DNA of 63,722 nucleotides, the filler included. It is 6 parts of 6 records of this genome, joined end to end, with 100 filler letters (N's around TTAATTAATTAA, not from the genome) between each part and the next. Parts side by side here need not be neighbours in the genome. Positions count along the whole stretch, not along the records: positions 7,662 to 33,386 come from SRR31147125_13812; positions 33,487 to 41,110 come from SRR31147125_13868; 4 more parts are not named here. The stretch is one strand, 5' to 3'. The position numbers and the translations under genes are program-made. The notes below the pieces were generated by a model. The model was not told where the DNA came from, did not search any database, and saw nothing but the letters and a program-made list of their open reading frames with translations. Positions 29,324 to 38,795 of the stretch are shown one piece after another. Within the stretch, counting starts at the first letter, position 1, and each line of letters starts with the position of its first letter.

Positions 29324-29725
29324 TTAGAGGATATATTTATTTAAGGAAATGCTAAATTGTGGAAATGATTGAAAAACTTTTTTATCCAAAGTAATTAAGG
29401 GAATCCCCAAATCTTTAGCCAGGGAGACAAACTCACAATCATAAGCAGAACAATCCGAGGACCTGGTCAGGTTTAATACATCCTCAGAAACAACATCATA
29501 CTCGTTTTCTATCATTAACTGTTCTGCTTTATCCATTATTTGAATGGCATGATCAAGTGATATTTTTCGCTGCCGAATATAAAAAGACAATACATTTCTA
29601 AATTCACTTTTCCATAATATCGGAGCTATCCATTCAGAGTCCTTTTTAAAGGCTGCTTCAGCCTTTTTTGTATTTTCCCCTTCAAGGAAAAGGTACGTGA
29701 TTATATTTGTATCAACGACAATCAA
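29324..29725 (-). CDS. vapC: VapC/PIN-domain toxin
   Basis: MIVVDTNII, SEFRNVL, SAYDCEFVSLA, LITLD. Confidence 0.9.
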   Translation of the reverse strand: MIVVDTNIITYLFLEGENTKKAEAAFKKDSEWIAPILWKSEFRNVLSFYIRQRKISLDHAIQIMDKAEQLMIENEYDVVSEDVLNLTRSSDCSAYDCEFVSLAKDLGIPLITLDKKVFQSFPQFSISLNKYIL

Positions 29726-29964
29726 ACTCTACCTTCATTTTTTATTCGGTTTAATTCTTCGTCAACGAGATAAAGAGTATCGATTTCTCTCCTGAGCTTT
29801 TGAATACCGATTAAAAATTGATCTTTATTCAATCGACGGCTACGGATTGCTTTTTCAATACAAATAATGATCTCATTATTAATACTACGTCGATTTTTTG
29901 CAGCAACAGTTTTTAGCCTTTCATACAGGTCACCTGGTATATTTTTAACAGTAATATTGGCCAT
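29722..29964 (-). CDS. Arc/FitA-like ribbon-helix-helix antitoxin
   Basis: MANITVKNIPGDLYERLK..AAKNRRSINNEII; 4-nt overlap with vapC. Confidence 0.88.
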   Translation of the reverse strand: MANITVKNIPGDLYERLKTVAAKNRRSINNEIIICIEKAIRSRRLNKDQFLIGIQKLRREIDTLYLVDEELNRIKNEGRV

Positions 29965-29994
29965 GATGAATACTCCTCAATTATGACACCTAAT

Positions 29995-30022
29995 TGATAC
30001 CATATTGGAATTTATGGTAACA
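29995..30022 (-). promoter_or_regulatory. Inverted repeat, likely TA autoregulatory operator
   Basis: TGATACCATA-N8-TATGGTAACA, 30 nt upstream of the antitoxin start. Confidence 0.55.
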
Positions 30023-30393
30023 TTAAAAAAAAAGCAATATAAATTTTGAGGATTCTATGGGAAGCCTTTTTTATTAAAAAAATGTAAAAACTCATAGTGG
30101 CTATAGGTTTCAACGATTGCAAAAGCAATCCACTAGAAAAAAACTAACAGCTATGTCAAGGGGAGCTTTAAACGGAATTGTTCAGGCTAAATACAATGAT
30201 TGGGAATGGAAAAGAATGGACACTGGAAAGGTTAGTAATGGTTCAAAAATTCCGGGTAGTACAAGAAGATCTTGATCGTCATGTATGGGGACTGGGATCG
30301 CGAATTCACATTTTCAGCCGCAAATTTGCTCCTTTAGCCTGGTAAGTTATACCTGTAGTTTTCACCGTGTTTATCATCCAGCGCTGTTAAATT

Positions 30394-30457
30394 TACAGTG
30401 GCGCAAAGACAATATAAATAATTAATTTCAATCTGAATATGTCTTTGCGCCACTGTA
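30394..30457 (-). terminator. Perfect 18-bp inverted repeat downstream of the Tat-DegT gene
   Basis: TACAGTGGCGCAAAGACA-N28-TGTCTTTGCGCCACTGTA. Confidence 0.6.
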
Positions 30458-30507
30458 TGATATGTTTTACTTTTAAAAAGTAATACTTTAGAGCTTTAAG
30501 TATATTT

Positions 30508-31875
30508 TCAGGACAATTTTCTCAATTTATCTCTATTTTCATAAACCTTGATCATGGCATTAGCGATATCATCCACATCACTTTTAGGGCCAAGCAAAGC
30601 ATATTGACTAAAACCGATGGTTTCTTTTATCAACTGTTCACATTTTGGAAAAGACAAACTGGCGCGATAATCATCCAGTCTCTTTTTTGAAAAAAGTTTT
30701 TGAAATGTTCGTGTATTCAATACGGATTCAATTACCCCTTCCTGATGCATAGCGCCACCTTCGATAACTCCCAGACCAGTTGAGGTATGTATACCTTCAG
30801 CTTCCATGGCTTTGACAAACATATCCCGTGAAAGGCCGAATTCTTTTTCATTGAATCGTAATCCATAGTAATAATAGGCAGTGACATTGGTCTGCTGATA
30901 ATCTTTTCTTGGAGTAATTCCGGGAATGTTTTTGATTTTAGAGGTGAGATATGTTGCATTCTCACTACGTTTCTTCGTTTCTTCTTTTGAGGTTTCCATT
31001 TGAGTCATTAAAATGGAGGCCTGATATTCTGCCATGCGGCATTTTGTGCCCAGGATGGGACTGGCACCTTTATCCCTTGGCATATATTGACCTCTGGAGC
31101 GACCAAAATTATGATAAGAATAACACAAATCCATAATACGCTCATCCTGACCCAAAATAGCACCACCTTCGCCACAGGTAATTTCCTTACCATTCTGTAA
31201 ACTAAAACAGCCCAGATCACCCAGTGTGCCAGCTTTTTTACCATTCCATTCTGCCAAATGTGATTCACAAGCATCTTCCACAACTTTAAGATTATATTTT
31301 CGGGCAATGTCGTTAATTTTATCCATATGACAAAGTCCACCGGTTATATGAACAGGAAGAATAGCTTTTGTATCCGAAGTAATTTTACTCTCAATTTGAT
31401 CCGCATCCATCATCCATGTATCCGGATCAATATCCACAAAAACAGGCAATGCATTTTTGAGCATTATAGCATCAATGGTAGCAACGAAAGTATAAGGTGT
31501 GGTAATCACTTCATCTCCACCTTCAACACCGAGGGTATGCAGGGAAGTAACGAGAGCGTTCGTCCCGTTTGTCGTCAGGAGACAATATTTGGATCCCATG
31601 AGGTTGGCAAATTTCTGTTCCGCCTGAGTGACCATATTATTTCTGGACCAGACACCACTTCTCAGAACGGGCAAGATAGCCTTTTCATCCTGCTTGTCCC
31701 AAATCGGCCATTTCGTAAACTTTTTTGTTCGGACCGGTTGTCCACCAAGCAAGGCCGGGACAGACGCCTTTTGAGCAAAGCTCCATCGCGGAATAGATCC
31801 GACGGCCATGGCTGATATGGTTCCTGCGGATGTCATGGTTAAAAAATGACGCCTTGAAAATTTTTTGTAATCCAT
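30508..31875 (-). CDS. DegT-family (AHBA synthase/aminocyclitol aminotransferase-like) PLP enzyme with Tat signal
   Basis: SRRHFL Tat motif plus hydrophobic stretch ending SFA-Q; TNGTNAL, VVEDACE, FSLQNGKEITCGEGG. Confidence 0.9.
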   Translation of the reverse strand: MDYKKFSRRHFLTMTSAGTISAMAVGSIPRWSFAQKASVPALLGGQPVRTKKFTKWPIWDKQDEKAILPVLRSGVWSRNNMVTQAEQKFANLMGSKYCLLTTNGTNALVTSLHTLGVEGGDEVITTPYTFVATIDAIMLKNALPVFVDIDPDTWMMDADQIESKITSDTKAILPVHITGGLCHMDKINDIARKYNLKVVEDACESHLAEWNGKKAGTLGDLGCFSLQNGKEITCGEGGAILGQDERIMDLCYSYHNFGRSRGQYMPRDKGASPILGTKCRMAEYQASILMTQMETSKEETKKRSENATYLTSKIKNIPGITPRKDYQQTNVTAYYYYGLRFNEKEFGLSRDMFVKAMEAEGIHTSTGLGVIEGGAMHQEGVIESVLNTRTFQKLFSKKRLDDYRASLSFPKCEQLIKETIGFSQYALLGPKSDVDDIANAMIKVYENRDKLRKLS

Positions 31876-31945
31876 ATTAGACTCCGTTCAAATTGACTGG
31901 TAAAAAAACCAGCACCATTTTACTATTCAATTATAAATAATATCA

Positions 31946-32959
31946 TTAATTTATTTTTCTACACGTTTCTCTTTCAATTAACGTTGCATCAAGAATAACT
32001 TTTTCCGGGACAGGGATTTCCTTTTTGAGTTGATCAATTAACAAAAGTGCTGAATGATGGCCTATTTCATAAGCTGGGATGCGAACAGTTGTCAGTGGAA
32101 TACGCAAATGCTTACTCATCGCAATATCATCGTATCCGACAACCGAAATATCATCCGGAACGTTAATATTCAGCTCGTCGAGAGCATCCAGTAAACCAAT
32201 AGCCAGCAAATCATTAAAAGCAAATATGGCGCTTGGTCTGTTTTGCCGGCTTTTAAATAATTCCATACCACTCTTATAACCATCTTCTATGGACGAACCA
32301 GCGCTAATAATATTCTCGCTTAAAATTGGTAGATTTTTCTCACGAAAAGCTTTTTGGTACCCTCTTAGCGAGTCATCACTATGTATAGAATAAAACGGTC
32401 CCTGAAAGTAAGCAATATTTGTGTGTCCCAATTCAATTAGATAGGAAACCGCCTCATAAGCGGCTTTTTCATTATCCACATCAACGACATTTGTGTTAAA
32501 ATTCTGGACGGTGCCGATTAGCACATGAGCAAGATTCATTCTTTTAAGATCAAAAAGATAAGTATACTCCACACCTTCGCCTTTTAAAGGCGATATAATC
32601 AAACCATCGACTCGCTGACTGGTCAAGGTCCGAATGGCCTCTAATTCTTTCTCCCGGGATAATTCGGAACTTCCCAGTACAACAGTATAGCCCAGTTCAT
32701 TACAGGCATCATAAACACCCTTCATCAATTTTGAAAAGTAAGGATTATCAATTTCCTTTATAACCAGACCAATCACTTTGGATTCCTTAGCTGACAATGA
32801 TCTGGCGACAAGATCCGGTTGATAGTTCCATTTTTTCGCAATATCCAGGACGATTTTCCGGGTTTTCTCAGAAATACCGGATTTTTTATTCAATACATTT
32901 GACACAGTTGCTGTGGAGACATTTGCTAGTTTCGCAATATCTTTTATCGTTACTTTCAT
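31946..32959 (-). CDS. LacI-family transcriptional regulator
   Basis: TIKDIAKLANVSTATVSNVLN HTH, ARSL hinge, VPDDISVVGYDD, LTTV. Confidence 0.96.
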   Translation of the reverse strand: MKVTIKDIAKLANVSTATVSNVLNKKSGISEKTRKIVLDIAKKWNYQPDLVARSLSAKESKVIGLVIKEIDNPYFSKLMKGVYDACNELGYTVVLGSSELSREKELEAIRTLTSQRVDGLIISPLKGEGVEYTYLFDLKRMNLAHVLIGTVQNFNTNVVDVDNEKAAYEAVSYLIELGHTNIAYFQGPFYSIHSDDSLRGYQKAFREKNLPILSENIISAGSSIEDGYKSGMELFKSRQNRPSAIFAFNDLLAIGLLDALDELNINVPDDISVVGYDDIAMSKHLRIPLTTVRIPAYEIGHHSALLLIDQLKKEIPVPEKVILDATLIERETCRKIN

Positions 32960-33029
32960 TTAACCGCTCTAATCATGTATTTAATTGTCAATAAATTAAT
33001 TATTTGCTATATTTTTTTTATCGTTAATA

Positions 33030-33095
33030 TAAAACGTTTAAGTAATATAGTAATAATTTTACTTTTGTCAATAAAAATATGACATAAACGATAAA
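33030..33095 (-). promoter_or_regulatory. lacI promoter with two LacI-type operators
   Basis: Minus strand TTGACA(33071-66)-16-TATATT-3-TAAACGTTTTA(33040-30); TTTATCGTTTA at 33095-33085. Confidence 0.75.
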
Positions 33096-33386
33096 TAGCT
33101 TATCAAACCATCATAATTTCATTTGTGTAAATTATGCAAAAGCAAATGTTAACTTTTCGTATTGTGTCTCAAAGTTTGAGTCCATTTTTAAAAAGGATAT
33201 AAGATGAGTTGTCAAAAATATCGAATAAAATATAATATGTCGGGTGTTAATGATAGATCATTATTGATTATTTTGTAAACAGATTATTTTTTTTTCAATT
33301 CACAGATTCCCATTAAATGAAACAGGATGCATTTGCAGTATTTTTAAAATTATTTTAATGATTAGGCAGTTAGTTCAGCTGAATGT

Positions 33387-33486
33387 NNNNNNNNNNNNNN
33401 NNNNNNNNNNNNNNNNNNNNNNNNNNNNNNTTAATTAATTAANNNNNNNNNNNNNNNNNNNNNNNNNNNNNNNNNNNNNNNNNNNN
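33387..33486. other. Artificial contig linker
   Basis: N44-TTAATTAATTAA-N44. Confidence 0.99.
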
Positions 33487-34615
33487 AAAAGTAAGCCGTA
33501 CCGACAATGATAATACTGGCGACTCGGAAAAATTGACTTGACAACAGCAATTGCAGACCCATACCCGGTGAGAAAATGCCCATATATCTTGGCAGCTGAT
33601 GGCGAAGTGCTCGAATGGGGAAGGCGGTGATATTTCCCAAAAGTAAGGCAATGACCGTCTGTTTTGTCGTTAATACCCCTGCGTGCATAAGGGCTCCGGC
33701 GGCAGCAAAGCCAGAGGTGAATTCCGCTGCAAAGCTGAGCATAATTACGGACAACGACTCCACCGGCATAAAGCTCAATGTTAAGTGAGACGAGAAGCTT
33801 TCATTGAGATAAAGAAAAAAACCATTTGCGTTAAGGACAAACACCAACGTGTAAATGGGCAGAACATATACGGCAATATTGATGATACGACCGGGGAGTT
33901 TTGATTTTATCTGTTGCCGGACACCTTCCATTTTCTTGCTCTTAGAAGTGTGCTTATGCCTATCCTCTTCTCCTTCATTTTCAGATAACTCGGCTTGAGT
34001 CTCTTCTCTTTGTAATGATTTCCCATTTTCAGTATCATGTGAAATGACAATTTTCTGCGCTTTACTCGAACGCAACGGCAAATAAAAGTGCCCGAAGATC
34101 AGTACGCTAAACGTCCGAAGTAGGGTCGCCGTAAATGTTAAACCGAAATAGAGTCCTCCGGCAGTTCCCGTCAGTGGAACGACTATGAAAAATGTGGTTG
34201 GCAAATGAAGGAAAAATGCCGGGAGTTGATTGAGGTAATTTGTCAGGAAAAGCTGTAGCTTTGAAATTTTCTTTTCCTGATAAAAGTCAAGCAACATGGC
34301 ATTGGAGATAACACCGGAAATAAACGCGGCTGTGAATGCGGAACTGCACCGGTTCCCCAGATTGGAGAATCGAAAAATTGGACGGGCAACAATGGATAAA
34401 TGTTTCGTCCATCCGGTGGATTCAATGATCTGTCCTACCACAAGACCTAATGTGATAAATCCAAATAGTCGCATCATAGGGATCAACAACTTCCGGAACA
34501 ACAGATGGATGTCCAACCCGTCTCCATAGATCAATGAGAAAATTAAAATGATGACTGCGAGCAATGCAGATATCCATAATTTTCCGTATGGAGATATTTT
34601 GTTGTTGGTGTTCAC
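33487..34615 (-). CDS. Nucleoside-recognition (Gate) domain membrane protein, near-complete, cut by the linker
   Basis: Polytopic; IIESTGW...ARP, LPAFFLHLPT, ALRHQLPRYMGIF; last gene of the B12 operon. Confidence 0.7.
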
Positions 34616-35331
34616 TATTTTCGAGCCAGCAGCAACGTCCAGTAGTTTGGATCTCGCGTCTCAAGTTCATTGAGGTCCGGGATGATCTCTTCTCCTTCCC
34701 TACCGCATTTGGAGATGGCAACACTATCGTGAAAAAAACCGGCGTCTTTTAATGCCGCATTATTTTGCTTGATGTTTTTGTACGCTTTTAACATGACAAT
34801 GCTCTCTACATTTTCCCCGGCCCTCCGGAGTTGGTCGCCGCCATAGGCACCTGAGGTGATCAACAAGGATTGTTCTCCTTCAACAAGAATTCTGTTGGTG
34901 CGAGCTGCGGCTGCATGAAAGGATGTGATTCCGGGAATGGTGATGACTTCAGCTTCCGGCATGACTTTATTAAGACTCTTTAGAATATATCCGAAGGTCG
35001 AGTATGTCATGGGATCTCCAAGGGTTAGAAACGCCGCATTTTTACCACTGTTCAGCACGTCGGCAATTTGAGCCGCATTGGCGTCCCAAGCTTCTTCCGT
35101 TGCTTTTTTATCTGAGGTCATGACAAATGCCAATGATTTTACCACCGCCGTCTCAGACATGTGTGGTCGTGCAATTTCCAGAGCTAGGCTGTAGTTTCTT
35201 TTTGCAGAGGCTGCAGTAAATACTACGTCGGCTTCATTGATCATACGAACGGCTTTTAGGGTCAGCAGTTCCGGATCTCCGGGTCCGACACCGATGCCAT
35301 ACAATTTTCCCTTGTTCTCCGTGTTACTCAT
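34615..35331 (-). CDS. cbiL: Precorrin-2/cobalt-factor II C20-methyltransferase
   Basis: GIGVGPGDPELLTLKA, FLTLGDPMTYSTF, IPGITS. Confidence 0.9.
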   Translation of the reverse strand: MSNTENKGKLYGIGVGPGDPELLTLKAVRMINEADVVFTAASAKRNYSLALEIARPHMSETAVVKSLAFVMTSDKKATEEAWDANAAQIADVLNSGKNAAFLTLGDPMTYSTFGYILKSLNKVMPEAEVITIPGITSFHAAAARTNRILVEGEQSLLITSGAYGGDQLRRAGENVESIVMLKAYKNIKQNNAALKDAGFFHDSVAISKCGREGEEIIPDLNELETRDPNYWTLLLARK

Positions 35332-36357
35332 TTTTTAATCCTTTTTGTTCGGACCATTGTCCGAATTGTTCCGGGTAGAGTATTTTCCCAATTATTTCAA
35401 TGCCCAGAAGCAGTCTGTAAGACGGTCTGGATACAATTAGTTCATCAATGAGATATATTTGGTTGTTTCTAACGGCCTTGAGAATTCCAAAGCCGGGTTC
35501 TTTTTTGATCCGATCAATGGATGTGTGGTTCATGACTCCGATTTGGGCCAGAAACACATCGATCTCGAATGCGTGGGATAGAATTTTTTCTTTTCCATAA
35601 TTTCCAATATTTGTTCCCCGTGAGGAAATGGCATCCGTTGCAACATTGATCCCCCCGGCTGTTTCCAAACAAAACAGTGCCATGGCACCCGGGGTGAATG
35701 TTTTCATTTTGGTGTGAATGGCTTCAAAGTACACTTGTTTTTTTTGATCGGTATTGAGATGAGATGTGAGTCGCCTGAAATTGGCGATGTGGTTTTGAAA
35801 ATCGGCAACCATTGAAACGGCCTCTTGGCGTTTCCCTGTTAATGCTCCCAATGCCAACCAATAGTCGTACATCTCATTAACCGTTGCCGGTTGAAGTGAA
35901 GCCACAATAATTCCGGATTTTTCCAAGCGTTGAACCAGAGCGGGATAGCCTCGTTCAATCATGGGGCGAACCAACACAAGATCAGGTTCGGCACCTAGGA
36001 ATTTCTCAGGTCCGTCATGATAGGAAAACCATGGTTTTGCTTTTGCGGCTTCCGGATACGCTTCTTTTCGGGAAACACCGATGATTTCATCATCCAATCC
36101 CATAAAAAAAGATTTTCCGTATGTGCCCCGTAGAGTGAGATGATTCGATTGAATGGCTTTGAGTAATGGATTTCTCGGCCACTCGAGTCGATGATTATCT
36201 CTTGTGACACGGTTATTTTATCATTTTTTTTAGGTGTAGTTCTCTTTGCGAAAGCATTTTCCAGGTCAAAAATGAAAGAGATTATCACGATGAGTGATGC
36301 CAATAAAACAGGTAAAATGTTTTGTTTTGAAAAAAGGCTCATTACGTGGCTCAACAT
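35324..36357 (-). CDS. Cobalamin/Fe-complex ABC substrate-binding protein, frameshift in the homopolymer at ~36105-36110
   Basis: DSSGREI...RIISLYGAHTENLF in one frame joins MGLDDEIIGV...PDLV...AVRNNQIY in another; start codon uncertain. Confidence 0.8.
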
Positions 36358-36484
36358 GGTTTTTATAGAGCTGACGGCGAAGTGGGGCGCGGAGTGACAG
36401 GTGTTGGTTTGATTCTTTAGGTTGATTCTACCCTCCCGGATCAAATAAACGCTTTCAACGGTTCGAGATGTACTGGGGGCTGTT

Positions 36485-37339
36485 TTAAACGACATCTGAG
36501 AAAATCCCCGATCTGAAACACACCTGTTTTGCTCCGGCAAACGGATGAAAGGCAACGTGAGGTTTCACGTGAAACACCTCTTCGATCATTTTTTCACTCA
36601 TCACTTCCCCGGTTTTCCCATTGGCGAGAACTTCTCCCTGCTTCATGAATACAAGAATATCTGACCAGATTGCCGCAAAGTTGATATCATGAAAAACAGA
36701 GATGACTGTCCTTCCTGCTTTAACCACCTCTCCTTTGACAATATCCAGTAACCGTATGGTGTGATGAATATCCATGTTTGAAAAGGCTTCATCTAAAAAA
36801 AGAAATGGCGTGTCTTGGCAAAGCGCTCTGGCAAATAGCGTCCGTTGCCGTTCACCTCCACTCAACTCTGTTACTTTTCTTGAGGAAAGATGATCGATTT
36901 CAGTGAGCGCCATCACTTCATCGACCCGTTCATTATCTTTAACAGATGGATGAGCGAACCGGTTGATGTGGGGATGACGACCCATCATGACCACTTCACG
37001 AACGGTAAACGGAAAGTTTACGGTGTCGTTTTGCGCAACCAAGGCAATGCGCTTGGCAATTTCGATTCTGGGCCATTGAGTGATGGATTTATTGTCCAAA
37101 ATAATTTGACCGGATTGGGGCGTTAAGTGGCCGATGAGAAGATCCAGAAAAGTGGTTTTCCCACACCCATTGGGCCCCAGGATAGAGTAGAACGTGCCGG
37201 ATGTGAATTCAATGTCGATGCCATTGAGTACTGAACGATTGTTCTCGGGATTATCCCTGCACTGTTGATCGGCGGATGAAAACTTTTTTATCCCTGTCCC
37301 ATAGGCAAATTTTAAGTTTACGGCTGTTAGTGTGCTCAT
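36485..37339 (-). CDS. ABC transporter ATP-binding protein (BtuD/FepC-like)
   Basis: GPNGCGKTT, LSGGERQR, LFLDE, FHD; ATGA overlap with the permease. Confidence 0.93.
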   Translation of the reverse strand: MSTLTAVNLKFAYGTGIKKFSSADQQCRDNPENNRSVLNGIDIEFTSGTFYSILGPNGCGKTTFLDLLIGHLTPQSGQIILDNKSITQWPRIEIAKRIALVAQNDTVNFPFTVREVVMMGRHPHINRFAHPSVKDNERVDEVMALTEIDHLSSRKVTELSGGERQRTLFARALCQDTPFLFLDEAFSNMDIHHTIRLLDIVKGEVVKAGRTVISVFHDINFAAIWSDILVFMKQGEVLANGKTGEVMSEKMIEEVFHVKPHVAFHPFAGAKQVCFRSGIFSDVV

Positions 37340-38391
37340 CGCAAACTCCCCCGCTTGAAGATCCAACAGAAGACAGGTCCGCCGATAAGTGCCGTTAAAA
37401 TGCCGATGGGAATTTCATGGGGTAAAACGGCTCGGGTGATGGTATCCGCCCCTAAAAGCAGAATGGCACCCAATATCATTGAGACCGGGATGAGGGCTCG
37501 ATTGTCGGGGCCGGTGAGAAATCGAACCATATGGGGGACCAGCAGTCCGACAAATCCAATGATTCCCGATACGGATACGGCAACCGCTGCCAGCATGGAG
37601 GCGGTAATGAGCAAAATCAAAGTGACGCGCCTGGTATCCACGCCTAAGCTCGATGCCGAGCGTTCTCCAAGTGAAATGAGGTTCAGGTCCCTGGCAAACA
37701 TCATGGAAATGAGGAAACCGGCAATAAGAAACAAGGTGGTGACGATCACATCCATCCATGTTTTTGAAGCAAAACTGCCCATCAGCCAGAAAATAATGAT
37801 GGCCACCTGTTCATCTGCCGTATATTTTAAAAAGCTGATTCCGGCGGATAGAATCGCGGCAACGATGATTCCGGATAAAATGAGACTGTTGGAAGATAAA
37901 ATGGTGGTGTTGTTACGGCCGGTGTATGAGAGATAAATGACAAAAAACAGCGTCAAACATGCTCCGGTAAATGCAAATAGAGGGACGGACACAAATGCCG
38001 CACTTAAATTGAGTAAAATGGCAACGCACGCGCCGAATGCCGCTCCGGCTGATACTCCCAATGTATATGGGTCCGCCAAAGGGTTCAGCAGGATGCCTTG
38101 AAAAATGACACCGGAAAGGGCAAGCCCTGCGCCCACCGAAGCGCAGGTAAGGATTCTGGGGAGACGAACATCCATGACAATGACCGTGTGGGATTCTGAT
38201 ATCCCCTGCATGAGCTGCGCATTTTCAAAACAGAATGCAAGGATAATTTTTACGATGTGTTTTAATGGGATATCGATATATCCCATGGAACCGGATAACA
38301 GTATCAGGAATCCTAAGGCCAGGAAAAGCAGTGGGACCAACCGGGAATACAAATAGTTCCCTCTCCCTTCCCCTACTGCAAGATATTTCAT
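37336..38391 (-). CDS. FecCD/BtuC-family ABC permease
   Basis: RLPRIL, NPLADPYTLGVSAGA, GIIGFVGLLVPH, EIPIGILTALIGGP. Confidence 0.94.
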   Translation of the reverse strand: MKYLAVGEGRGNYLYSRLVPLLFLALGFLILLSGSMGYIDIPLKHIVKIILAFCFENAQLMQGISESHTVIVMDVRLPRILTCASVGAGLALSGVIFQGILLNPLADPYTLGVSAGAAFGACVAILLNLSAAFVSVPLFAFTGACLTLFFVIYLSYTGRNNTTILSSNSLILSGIIVAAILSAGISFLKYTADEQVAIIIFWLMGSFASKTWMDVIVTTLFLIAGFLISMMFARDLNLISLGERSASSLGVDTRRVTLILLITASMLAAVAVSVSGIIGFVGLLVPHMVRFLTGPDNRALIPVSMILGAILLLGADTITRAVLPHEIPIGILTALIGGPVFCWIFKRGSLR

Positions 38392-38449
38392 CCTAATTCT
38401 ATCCTCAAGATGGTGCCCATGAATGCGTTAGCCCCCTATCCCTTTCGCC

Positions 38450-38487
38450 AAAAAACAAAAAACCCATATCGAAATTCGATATGGGGA
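38450..38487 (-). terminator. Intrinsic terminator (riboswitch expression platform)
   Basis: Minus strand CCCATATCGAA-T-TTCGATATGGG followed by TTTTTTGTTTTT, between the aptamer and the first gene. Confidence 0.75.
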
Positions 38488-38571
38488 GTCCGTTTTTCCT
38501 CAAATCCTCTAATTTTTCTCAAGCCACTCCAACCGCGCAGAGCATATGCTGAAAATCACATACATTTGTTG

Positions 38572-38730
38572 TCGAGCAGGTCTTCTGACTTCCGGATCAT
38601 TTTACTGATCTGTATCTTCCCGTTCATGTGGTGCTCATATCAAACAGTGATATCACACAGATGATCATCCCCGGTTACAGCGGCGGGTCCGTTCCTGACT
38701 TTCACAGGATTCCCTTAGCCCAAACTAAAT
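38572..38730 (-). ncRNA. Cobalamin riboswitch
   Basis: Minus strand AAGGGAATCCTGTGAAAGTCAGGAACGGACCCGCCGCTGTAA...CACTG...GGGAAG...AGTCAGAAGACCTGC (B12 box); upstream of the ABC-cbiL operon. Confidence 0.93.
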
Positions 38731-38795
38731 TTTTTATAGTACACTGTTGTATGGCCATCAGTCAAACAAAAAAATTCATATCCGTTACAAGGGGA

